Assembly (NCBI GenBank): GCA_964016885.1
Contig: OZ024742.1
Location: 77,314,001-77,378,000 of the forward strand
Length of the DNA stretch: 64,000 bases
Origin: Eledone cirrhosa
Taxonomy: Eukaryota
Direction of reading: 5' to 3'
Below are positions 40,451 to 52,740 of this stretch, piece by piece. How positions within the stretch are numbered: position 1 is the first letter of the stretch; the number at the start of each line of letters is the position of its first letter. Under the pieces are notes generated by a model that saw nothing but the letters and a program-made list of their open reading frames with translations, did no database searches and had not been told where the DNA came from. The translations under genes were made by a program, and so were the position numbers.

Positions 40451-42787
40451 CTGGCGTTTGTCCTATTTAGTTGCCTTGGATTTTATTTCAATAACAAATG
40501 CACTATTGAGTAGGTGAGTCCATTTTACTGAGTTTATATCTTCTTCTTTTTTATGATAATTACGTTAATTATATAATATATATTTCATAATATTTCAATA
40601 TGTATATTTACAGTTACAATAAATACAGTTGTTTCCAGAATCTTTCGCTTAACCCGTGTAATGCTCTCATAAATTAAACCCTACTTTATCTTAACCTTTC
40701 CTTTCTTTTCAGGAAGCACTAGTTTGAGTCGCTAAAGATTGCGCTCTAAATATGTCAAATTTCCAATTCTATCTAACTGAACGTCAAGATGATTTTGCAT
40801 TCATTAATTATATTTATTTTCATTTGTCATTTAGGATTTTGTATAACTTCCATAAAGAAAGCACGCCTGCATCTACAGATTGATGAAAATGGATTGCCTG
40901 AATATAACCTTTATTTTATGAGTATTCAGAGATAAGTTACTCAATAAACTTGATCTCCTTAAGACCATTATTTTTTACATGGCTATCCAATAAGTTGACG
41001 AAAGACATGAACCAACATAATGATATGCATTATGTCTATGATTAAGGACACTGCGTGCTAATGGCTGATTATTTCCAGAATTTAGATAATAATTCTAGAA
41101 TACAAAATGTAGTTATACTGAAAATATCTCCAGCAGTTTCAGGCACGTTAGCAATAAAAACACTCTATATCATAAATAAAAGAGAACGTTGAAACATAAA
41201 GGGAATTGCTTTGATAAATATGAAAATGCACGCAGTTTTATGTGAAATAAAACGTATAATATTTTTATTCTTGTCACATGATTCAAATAATGGGTTATAG
41301 TATGTTGAAGTTTATATAACTTCATGATTGTACTTGGGTGAGCAAATACGAGGATTTAGAAGCTTTATGTATATAGAAAATTCGAATTATGTTGCTGGAT
41401 TTAGAATGTGTTCATAGTCAAACCAATAATTAATTTGTACTCGATATATCACTCCACCTCACTGAAAGATGTTAACATATGTTAATACGATTTTCCATCT
41501 TGAAAAGTGTCGGTATTTATATCACTATATATCTGACTGGTTGTGTCGACCTGAGTTTTAAAACAAGATTACCTTTTACTCATAAACAAATTCCTTTATT
41601 TTAAAAGGATTTCCTCATATTTATGATATGCTATCTGCACCATTTAACACCGTTCCGTATAAGGAAAAAGGCATAAATAATGATTTCTTAAACAGTCACT
41701 CAAACAAAGAGATTGTGCTGCGAACATTGACTTAAACGACATTTATCGTCATACATGGGAGACTATGTTTGAAAGTTTAATTTGAAAACAATTTATAATT
41801 TTACTATTGTAATGTCGACATAAAAAGGTAAAAGAAATGAAATATATGAAATATATCGATGTAGATTTAATCAATTATATACCTCTGGTATGAATAGATA
41901 AAATGTCTTCATGAAATAATTCTATTATAGGATTTCTACTCGGAATTGAGTAATTTATCTATATATGATTGGGGTATATTTGCATCAGAGAAGGCATGAA
42001 TTTTAAAAGCTAATTGTGTTTCGAAGGATTACGAAATTAGAGCGCAGTGAACCCAATTAACTAGCACGAAGCATCCTATCTAAATTATCTGCTCATTATC
42101 GCCGCAGACAGCGAATTAACTATAACATATTGCTGCTAATTAATTCATATATTATAAAAGACTAACCAAGTAGTTTCTTAATCCAAAGCGTAAAGGGCAT
42201 TAACTAATTTATGGAATGTCGAAATGTAATTTGTAACCCTACCTGTTTATTGCCCAAATCATTGTTTACTTTTGAATTTGATAAACTAAATTTCGAACTT
42301 CTTGAATAATATTTGTTATATGCCCTTTTCATATAAATTCCCTACCTACGTATAAAGCAGTGAACTGATTTCTTGGTAAGTTCTATCAATCTATGGCGGG
42401 TACTATTCCCGAGATCCATGGACAAGTTCTATCCGGCGGACAAAGAAGATCCCGATTTCGTGATCTGAAATAGTAACTGCATGAAGTTGTGGACACCATA
42501 TGTTGTGCCTATCTGCTAACCTAATGCATATCTAAATACGATCTAGATAACCCTATGGCATTGGCGCAGGTTCAAATTGGCACATTCGGGATATCTAGTC
42601 GGTATCTATCAGAGAGCTGACATAGACTGATTAGATTTTTGAGCTCTTTGTATCGGCTAACCCATACAATACAATTCTACTTCCAATGTTTTAGAATGTC
42701 GATTGCCATGGCATGGCTAATCACCTCTTCTAGTTTAATTACTAACTCCCTATTTGCAAATTTCTAAACATTATTTACTCCGAGCTA

Positions 42788-42972
42788 GGGCAGTGGATTG
42801 GCAGTATCGGTAGAGGGTCGGACGCCATGCTTTCCAGCATAGTTACGTCCCTTTACGATCTGAGTTCAAATCCCGCCGAGGTTGACTCTGCCTTTCATCC
42901 TTACGGGGTCAATAAAATAAAGTACCAGTAATGAACTGGGTAATTGCTGGCCTTGTGCCTAAAGTAGAAACA
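42788..42972 (+). mobile_element. Full-length SINE S1 with 18-bp TSD
   Basis: attatttactccgagcta at 42770-42787 and 42973-42990. Confidence 0.9.
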
Positions 42973-44666
42973 ATTATTTACTCCGAGCTAATTGTGCTCT
43001 TGGGTGTGAGAGACCGCCACTTCTTGGTGATTGGTTTCGTCAACAGATGGTTAAACGTGTGATAGATCTGTATTTGTAATCTTTACGCACAGGGACCAAC
43101 GGGCGTAGATTCCGGTAGCCGGTAGATTGTGTACAAGAGCTGTCCATCTCAATCAATCAAATCATAAATTTCTATATTTGCGTATATTTCCAAATATGTA
43201 ACTATTTGAAAATATACACACCCTGCACCATCTCTATCTGTTAGCATATAATCCGTCCAAACTTGGCACGATCTAGGTTTTTACCCTATCATTTCTACAC
43301 TGGCCCATTTGGAAATCTAGTCGGAGAGGCGGAACCTAGTGAGTAGGACATTATGACTTTTACACACCATAATTTGATAGAACATCCAATTAAAACACAT
43401 TGCTTTCAGGCGACCATATTTCCGTTGCCTTCCTCCTCTAAAAAAATTAAGACATACCAAGAATTATATTTAGACACATGAAGAAATTCTACCAATTACC
43501 CCTGTCCGATTGTAGATGACCACTACATTGATATGCAGCAGCTTCGATACTAGTCATGTCCAGAACCAGAAACTTCCAATCCGGATCCCGGAGGTTTGTC
43601 CATGCTTTAAGGACCAGGCTGTTCCGAAACAGCACGGCCATTCAGCCTCACATTTCATTGCGATTAAGAGATACGTGCATCACAAACCATTCATAAATGG
43701 GTGCTTGTACACGTGAGTCAGAAATCTATTCTGCCTCTCTGATAGTTGTAATATCCGTATGTAATGAGATATGGTTGTCTTCCAAGTGACAGTGCTTCAT
43801 GGGTGATAGAAGGCCACATATATCTATGCAATCTATACTTAGAATTAACATAATGATAGGAAAGAGAAAGGAAAAAAAAACAGGGTACAAATCATCTAAA
43901 TGTTTAGCAGATCCATGTCCCGGTATTCATGCCAGTCAAGGCGTCTCTGGGTACGTCATTAAGAGATTATTGGTGGCAGTAAAACTGTTATTTCGATATC
44001 AGTTGGTCGGTTCTCCAGAATTCGTGATGCAGGCCAGAATAGTGCCTGTTTTGAATGCTTTGTTCTCGGTATCGCCTTCCTACTTTGTACTGTTAAAGAT
44101 AATCTTATTTTTATTCTGATCCTTATCAGCATAACGTTGTTTTGGTCGAAATAGTGTGTTTGGTTTGTGATATTATAGTTGTCATTGAAGTCGTGTGTCT
44201 GACTATTGGGGTTGTTCTTCTGTTGTCTCTACTCTTGCGCGTGTTTGTATATATATAGGTATATATATGATGATGGCTGCCCCCTCGTTATCGAGTATGG
44301 CCATTGCACGATATGCCATTATTAATAATTATTAATTAATTATATCGTGCAATGCCTGCCCGTGAAGATATTTGTTTAAAGTGAGGAACGACTCTGTGAG
44401 CGACAGTAGCTATAACCCGAAAAGAAGAAAATATCAACATAATCGATAACTACTGAGCCGCAGGTTTTATATCGGAGTTATAGCACTTTCCTGAGTTGCC
44501 TTCCTAGAAGAATGCCCTGACAAATGCTAAGGGACCGTCACTCCCAGTTGTTTAACCGCGCGATCTTTTTCTATGTCCCCGCGCATATAAATACACATAC
44601 ACCCATGTATATGCACATATACATATACATACATATGTACATTTGTATATACATATTTACACACTT

Positions 44667-44860
44667 GGGGATGGCCGTTAACTCTTGTAAGTTCTTCCGC
44701 CCTTTGTCAGGGTTTGTTTTTTGTCCTGCAGGGTGTCCAAAATCACCCTCCTCACCAAGTTAACTTGGTGGGGTTGCCATTTTAGTCGCCGACGACCCGA
44801 CCATCCGACAGGTTGTACTGGGTTACATATTACCAGTAGCACTCAAGAGTGACCCGACGT
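44667..44860 (-). mobile_element. RTE/BovB 5' UTR-related fragment
   Basis: Reverse complement matches 52741-52866; 44813-44853 matches 52335-52378. Confidence 0.6.
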
Positions 44861-45124
44861 ATATATATATACACATGTCTAATTTGGTGGCATGTAAACA
44901 TGCCAGAAAATACGAATTTCCTTGTGAATTGCAAAAGGGGATAAACGCCTCCGAATAAGATATGTGTAAGACACGTTGTTGCAATCTCGACTGCACACTC
45001 TGTATTGATATAGATATAACTTTATAATACAAGTTGGCTGCTCGCGCGTATCGCAATATACATATATATATGTGTGTGTGTGTGTATGTGGGTTTGTGCG
45101 TGTGTGCCTTTGCCTGTGAGTGCG

Positions 45125-45179
<55 letters not shown>

Positions 45180-45453
45180 AATATTTAACGACTAACAGAG
45201 CTGCTTATATGCAAATTAGTATGTTAATTGATAATAAAAGCGAATTGGTGAATATACCAATCAATGACATATTTCCATATAGTTCATTTGTTAATTAACA
45301 CGACTTTCCATGGGGGTTAAACTAAATCCGAAAATTGTTTAATGTTATTTATCATTTTTTCAATCTACATGGAATTCATATTTTCTAGCATATTTACATG
45401 CCTAAAATTAAAATTATATATATATATATATTACATTATATTATATATATATA

Positions 45454-46107
45454 TATTGTTATACTTTTTTTTTTGGGGGGGGGGGTCATGTTGCCAATAA
45501 GAAACACGCACCAGTGCTTTCACTCCAATTTATTATAAATTAAATTTATAAATTTAAGAATTTATAAATTTCCGGTTGGTTGGTTGGTTCCACAACCGGA
45601 CGGTTGTTCATATATTGTCAAAGGTCTTTCGTCATGCATTATGTGACCTCTTCAGTGGATGGGGATTCTTTTATTTGTTTTGTGCCTCTCCTTTGTTCTG
45701 GCCTACGCCATCTTGTTTTTGTGTGTGTTGTGTTTTCATTTTGTCCTTAATTGTAAGTTGTGATGTTGCTATTCCATTCATGTTTTTTATTTAATTTTGG
45801 TTGGAGTTCATTTATGTTTATTGCCAAACAAGATGGCGTAGGACAGAACAAAGGAGAGGCACAAAAACAAAGAAAAGAATCCCCAGTCACCGAAGAGGTC
45901 ACAAAATGTGTGACGAAAGAACTTTGACAATATATAAACAATCATCTGGTTTGTGGAACCAACCAACCAACCGGAAATTTATAAATTCCTAAATTTATAA
46001 CTTTATTATAATAAATTGAAGTGAAAGCAACTGGTGCGTGTGTTTCTTATTGGCGACATGACCCTCCCAAAGTATAACAATATCGGTTTCAACACACGTT
46101 TTCAGAT
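45454..46107. mobile_element. PLE family A, inverted pLTR pair, with mutated HHR motifs near 45616-45657 (-) and 45885-45929 (+)
   Basis: Minus arm 45454-45825 (internal deletion), plus arm 45826-46107. Confidence 0.8.
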
Positions 46108-46109
46108 TC

Positions 46110-46558
46110 AAAAATGGCGAAGAATCGTGTCGTTACAGCAGTCAAGTTAGAAAGAATGGATTCTTGGCGCGATCACGTTGGAAAATTAATTGTCTAAATT
46201 TGAACTAACTCCTGAAGAGTCCAGTGCTCCAGAGTTCCAATGTTATCGGATATCTTAAAATGCGGACGAAACAATGGTAGAGGTAACTAAATATGTTCAC
46301 ATTTCTCCTAGTTTATTTTACACCTAATTCTGTTTAGTTGACTGTATATCTGGTCGATTTATACACGCTGTCGAAATACTCGATAAATACTCCGTCGCAA
46401 CCGCCGCGAAGGGCTGATTTCGGTTATTTGTCGGAGATTTCTTCATAGGAGCCTTTATCCTTATAGCTTCGTCTAATTGATTTTTTATATGGTTAATTAT
46501 GCTAATTGGGAGAGGAAACGGTATATATTTTATCTGGTGATTCTATAGACATGTTTTA

Positions 46559-46560
<2 letters not shown>
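46110..46560 (+). mobile_element. Family C repeat
   Basis: Homologous to 12563-12962. Confidence 0.55.
46207..46284 (+). ncRNA. Hammerhead motif (family C)
   Basis: aactc-CTGAAGA-gtcc..ggac-GAAA-caatgg-TA-gaggt. Confidence 0.6.
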
Positions 46561-46605
<45 letters not shown>

Positions 46606-46610
<5 letters not shown>

Positions 46611-46961
46611 GTGAGGTTTTTTTTACAAAATGAAAAATAACCGAGGTGTCCTACACGAGTGGAAGTATAAAGAAAAAGGGATGAAATCGAAAATGCAACT
46701 GAAGTCTTATTTTTTTTAAAAATATATATATTTATTTGGTTCCTTTACCGGTTTCGCAGTTCTTCTGCTTTTCAAAAGGTGAGTTGAGATGGAGGGTCTG
46801 TGGTTTTTCTCACATCTGATGTGAGAAAAACAACAGACCCTCCATCTCAACTCACCTTTTGAAAAGCAGAAGAACTGCGAAACCGGTAAAGGAACCAAAT
46901 AAATATATATATTTTTAAAAAAAATAAGACTTCAGTTGCATTTTCGATTTCATCCCTTTTT

Positions 46962-46968
<7 letters not shown>
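46606..46968 (-). mobile_element. Foldback element: 303-bp near-perfect palindrome plus ~60-nt tail, with an HHR 3' half
   Basis: Palindrome 46666-46968 centred on 46817; GAAA-ccgg-TA in each arm; (TA)n flanks. Confidence 0.75.
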
Positions 46969-46997
<29 letters not shown>

Positions 46998-46999
<2 letters not shown>

Positions 47000-47780
47000 T
47001 GTTATACTTTGGGAGGGTCATGTTGCCAATAAGAAACACACGCACCAGTAGCTTTCACTTCAATTTATTATATATTTATAAATTTATAAATTTATAAATT
47101 TCTGGTTGGTTGGTTGGTTCCACAACCAGATAGTTGTTTATATAAAGTCATAGTTCTTTCGTCACACACTCTGTGACCTCTTCAGTGACAGGGGATTCCT
47201 TTCTTTGTTTCTGTGCCTCTCCTTTGTTCTGTCCTACGCCATTTTGTTTTGTGTGTGTGTTGTGTGCTCAGTCTGCGCATGCGCCACATCCGGGTGTCTG
47301 TGTGTGTTTATGTTCATTTATTTATTTGTTTATTTACATGTTACTGGTTGGTTGTTTGTTCTATGTGTGTGTGTGTTTTCATTTTGTCCTTAATTGTAAG
47401 TTGTGATGTTGCTGTTCCACTCATATTTTCTATTTAATTTTGGTTGTAATTCTTTTATGTTTATTGCCTCTGTAATTTGTCTAAACATTGCGTCTTTTCT
47501 GTGTGTAGATTCTATTTTTATTTCTATGTTCTCTAATTTACCCTTGTGTTCTATCTTAGCATGTTGGTAGAGTACAGATGATTCTTTATTATCTTGAAGG
47601 TCTCGCCAGCGTTCATTTATCCGTTCCCCTACACTACGAGCTGTCTCACCTATGTACACTATATGTTTGTCTCTACATTGTCCTTCAGTACATCTTATGC
47701 TATACACTACATTTCTAGTTTTACAGTTAATGTAACATGTAAATAAACAAATAAATAAATGAACATAAACACACACAGAC

Positions 47781-47782
<2 letters not shown>
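46998..47782 (-). mobile_element. PLE family A copy (GIY-YIG 47390-47725, HHR 47147-47189, short inverted piece 47732-47782)
   Basis: CKTRNVVYSIRCTEGQC...YIGETARS; reverse complement gtca-CTGAAGA-ggtcac..gtgac-GAAA-gaac-TA-tgac. Confidence 0.85.
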
Positions 47783-47875
<93 letters not shown>

Positions 47876-47883
47876 GCATTTGA

Positions 47884-48167
47884 AGGCGCATGGCTTAGTG
47901 GTTAGAGCAGTACGCTTGCAATCGAAAGGTTGTGAATTCAATTATCGGACCGGGTGATGTGTTGTTTCCTTGAGCAAGACACTTTATTTCACATTGCTCC
48001 AGTTTACTCAGCTGAAAATGAGTACCAGCAATAGCTGGAGGTTTAACTCTGCTATGGACTGGCTTCCTGTCCAGGGGGGAGTCTTGTACTCTCAGTCGCT
48101 TCACGCCATGAAACCGGGATAAGCACCGGCCAAACGAGCCTTCTGGCTTAAGACAGACTTTAGACTT
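47884..48167 (+). mobile_element. tRNA-derived CORE-type SINE (family S2)
   Basis: tggcttagtggttagagc A-box; ccttgagcaagacacttt CORE-like block; gaaaccgggataagc...cagacttt tail. Confidence 0.75.
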
Positions 48168-48587
48168 ACGGCCTCCCCACCCTGCCAGTGGGATGGCGTC
48201 ATGGTATGGCTGAAACAGCACGTGCTATGACCAGCGGCGCCGCAAGCCGCCCGACAGACTGGTCGGTCAAGATGATCAATGTAATATACATTTAGGTGTG
48301 TTGGTTCACCACTGGATATAACTGGTCATTCCGTATGGTCAACCTCGATATAATATTATGGAGAGCACTCGACGTAATGCAACTCACCCGTGTTCGTTTG
48401 TGGTGTTGGTGGTGCGAGTACGGAGTTAATTATTATAAAATTACAGGAGGCTGGACTGGTAAATTCCTTAAAAGGTTTATTATACTATGAACATTTCAAT
48501 AACTGGGTTCAGTATGAATCCGGTCATTGATATGTTCATAGTGTAATAAACCTCTAAGGAATAACATCAGTCCAGCCTCCTGTTATT

Positions 48588-48672
<85 letters not shown>

Positions 48673-49129
48673 GTGTGTGTGTATGTGTGTGTGTGTGTGT
48701 GTGTTTGTGTGTAGTGTGTTTGTTACACGTTGGTGCAATATCGGTTACACACTCTGTATTCACACGGATAAAGGTTTATCATACATTTCTTCTGCTACCC
48801 GACCTGTTACTACACACACGAACATATATACCTATGCATATATTTTGCTGTATATACGTGGTTTGTGTAATCATATTAACACTGTCATCATCGCCATTCC
48901 CATTCTTATCATCTTCATCATCATATTCTACATATTGTTTCACGATTTCATTTCCTTCACTTTGCAATTATACTTATGGATGAATGCATTTTTTTTCCTT
49001 TTCACTCATTTCGCTAGTTTAATACTTTATATATCTACTTACGTTATTACGTATTTCCTTCATTATATGTTCCTTTATTTGCACTAATCTCAGAATGCAT
49101 TTAGATGCCTAATGCATTCTTCGGGTTGC

Positions 49130-49166
<37 letters not shown>

Positions 49167-49266
49167 TTATATATATATAGATATATGTATATATAAATAG
49201 ATGTATATATATATGTGTGTGTGTATATGTGTGAGTGTGTATATGTATATATATATGTATATAAAA

Positions 49267-49309
<43 letters not shown>

Positions 49310-51178
49310 TAACATGAAGGATGCATTAGGCTTTTACATACATAGTTTTTTGTCATATATATTTTGCTATTATAGATTGCAGCCACAATTGTTTTTTTCT
49401 CTTTTCGGATGTTGTTCCTACTTCAGGTGTTATTTTTGTTAAGTCTTTTTTTCTTTCTTTTTTCTCTTTTTTTTTGTTATTGATAATATCAACGCTCTCT
49501 TTGAAATTGTTGCATTTACCTTTATTTGTATATATTTTATATGATAGTAGATAATACCATTTAATGTATGTATTCAATCACAACATGCAATTAAGTTGCA
49601 AGAAATATCATTGGGTTGCACCAGGAAATGTCAGTTTGTTTATGTTTAGCCCTTTTGGCATCTACTGCATAAATGAAGTTATCTGGTATTTCTGGGATTT
49701 TATTTTTAAACCTTCCGTGTTAACGCCAGTAACACTGTACTAAGTCGCCTTTTCGTATTCCGAGTTTATCATCATCTCCAAAAGCTAACTACGACCTAAT
49801 CAAACAGCAGTGACACCACCATTCTATACAAAAGCTGTAATCACTATCATTGCCGTCATGTTCAGCATTAATATTAATGTATTTCATTATGTCATATGTA
49901 TTTCATAATTACATATATTTTAACTTATATAATAATTAGATTAGCATTGATTCTTTACTCGTCGTGTTGTTGGTGTTCGTGTAGATACTTGCTAGTGGCA
50001 GTTTTTCTTTTTTTCGCTATTGATAAACTATCGTATTCAGATATATATATATATATTTATTTCCTATATCTTGATGTGTCCCTATAAACATGTTTCAAAC
50101 ATACTGTGTTAATTTCTATGTATGTTACCTTACCTATATACTCGTGTAGAGACATGAAGAGAAAAAGAGAGAAAGAGACAGCGAGAGAGAAAGAGAGATA
50201 GTGAGAGAAAGAGAGAGAGAGGCGGAGAGAGAGATTGACAGCAGAGGAAAGAGGGAGTAAATATGTGAGATGAGTGGTGAACTACAAGAAAATGTACAAT
50301 TGATTGCTAGGACTCAATATAATATACTTACAGTGCGTTGATATCCATAGCATTATGTCTCTTTTAATCATTACTAGAACACGTATCGTTAGGGATTTCG
50401 TTGCTTTCAAGCTACATAGCGGGTAAATGTATTTCAAGTTGGATGAATTTCATACTTCTTTTACAGATGTTGTTTTGCGCGCGCAAAATGTAAAGGATGT
50501 AGCATTTTCACGTTCACCTTAATGCCAACACCAAGGTGAAAATGGCTTTATTTCTGTCAAAGATAACCGATGGACCGAAATGTGTGGTTATTGTGTCCAT
50601 TCGGGAGATAATTAAAGTATTTATGTTTATACTACATTGTTTTCTTCTCTTGGTATTATATTATTCTAGGAAACTTTACTGTGTGAGTTCTCAGCATTTT
50701 TTCTCATGACCGCGTTTAATCTTTTGTTGCCACGCTTAAGTAAATAGAAACAATGTAATCTAGTGGGTTTTTTCCCTCAACCAGAAACTGACAATGTACT
50801 TAATTTTTTATCAGGTGCCCGTGGCAATTTTCCGTTCGATGTCTTTGGTTTTGTACAGCAAAAACCTTTATGTGCCAGTTTTGTTATCTAAATTTCTGAT
50901 TCGGAAATAATTACCATTTCTCTACTACATTTCCAAAATATATGAAAGACAATATCAATTGTGAAATATATAAATAAATAAATATATATATATGCGAGTG
51001 TGTGTATGTGTGCGTGTGTGTGTGTGTGTGTATATACACACACACACACATATATATATGCATTCATATATACATATATACATCCGAATGAGAGCAGAAA
51101 TACAGTTCCTTTTTCGTTAATGTTGACGCAGAACAACGGATATATAGTCATACCTTTACGTATACACCCCTACACATA

Positions 51179-51209
<31 letters not shown>

Positions 51210-51931
51210 ATGAGAAAAATTTCAACGTCGGGATAGCTGCATAAACAGCAAAAGGACCTCAATAAATGCGTCGAGTAAAACCTTTCCTCCATGGACAGTA
51301 TCAACGGCTAGAAGTGTGTTAATCCGCATATGTGATAGAATGAGAGGTACAAAGAAAGAAAATGGAGAAAATGAAATTGTACAAGACAAAATCACACAAA
51401 TATCATCTGCAAGCGGAAGTTGCGAGCAAGATAGATGGGTTGAAGGGGAATAGAAAAAATGCAGCAAGAAGGAGAAGACAAATTTGGGAGAGAGAGAATG
51501 GACGGAAGAAGATAGAGCTGGCAATAATATGTAGTCCTATCAAATTTCTATTCGTGCGAAACTACATTCCGGTATTAGAGCTGAAGTGATAAGATGTTTG
51601 TGTGATTTTGTCTCGTTCATTTTAATTTTCTAGATCTTATTATTTTGCTCCTCTCTTCCTATCACTTCTTTGGGCCAACACTCTTCTAGCCGATTACTCC
51701 TGTCATTGACGGCAAACGCAAACGCACCGTAATATGCAGTCCACCTACACACAAACACCCAATGCACATTCCCCAAAACCTCCGACCAGGAAACCGAACA
51801 ACTCCACCTCTCTACTCCTTTATATTTTTTTATTTTTGTAATTTCAGCCTAACGTTATTTCAATTACCATTTATTTCTTTTCAATATTTTTGTGTAATTA
51901 ACTGTTCTTTAACGTTATTTCTTTGCTATTT

Positions 51932-52117
51932 GGTGGTGGATTGGCAGTATCGGTAGAGGGTTGGATGCCATGCTTTCCTGCATAGTTACGTCCCTCAACG
52001 ATCTGAGTTCAAATCCCGCTGGGGTTGACTTTGCCGTTCATCCTTACGGGGTCGATAAAATAAAGTACCAGTAATACACTGGGTAATTTGCTGGCCTTGT
52101 GCCAAAAAGTAGAAACA
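51932..52117 (+). mobile_element. Full-length SINE S1 with 18-bp TSD
   Basis: gttatttctttgctattt at 51914-51931 and 52118-52135. Confidence 0.9.
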
Positions 52118-52334
52118 GTTATTTCTTTGCTATTTTCCTTTTGTCTTATTCCTGACGAAAGGTAAATACGTGGTCTGTGTAACGCATTCTTCTTTCTTTA
52201 AGCATGAAACTGATACTGTTCGTGTTATTGCTCCATCTCGTCTGTTCGTTTCGTGTTTGCTTACTATGTATGTATGTGTGTATGTATGTATGTATGTATG
52301 TATGTATGTATGTATGTATGTATGTATGTATGTA

Positions 52335-52740
52335 TGTTGTACTGGGATACATGTTACCAGTAGTACCAACTGGTGACCTGACAAGGAAAACTCTGATATA
52401 ACACCTGCAACCCTGATGGTATCCAATGGTGTTGACTTGATCTTCTTTTTGGTAAATATCATCTCGGTTAAGAGAGTGGGACTGGCTTTGTGCAGTACCT
52501 TTGCTCACTATAAAAGCTTCACGGCACAGGCATTTCTTTATATCTGGAGATCTCTCTGCACTTGTCGTCACATGGTACAATGTGCCAAGCACTGTGTCAA
52601 TAATTGTCACAAGTGTAGTGTTTGTACCAGAGTTTTCAAGTCGCTGTCTGGACTAAAAATTCACACTTGTTCAGCGCATCGGTAGGGGTTCTCCTACATG
52701 GATATAAAGTAGTGGCCGTACTCGAAAACGAGGTATGTAT
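52335..52740 (+). mobile_element. Internally deleted RTE/BovB derivative (5' UTR joined to 3' end)
   Basis: 52384-52570 matches 52921-53107; 52567-52732 matches 56514-56681; gtatgtatg tail. Confidence 0.75.

Noticed and set aside
43000-44200. Possible degraded LINE or LTR coding remnant (also 36720-37560 and 21430-21800)
   Set aside because: Too decayed to assign a family from the sequence alone.
44667-44860. Possible HDV-like or twister ribozyme in the RTE 5' region
   Set aside because: Several hairpins are present but I could not fit the required pseudoknots by eye; needs an Infernal scan.
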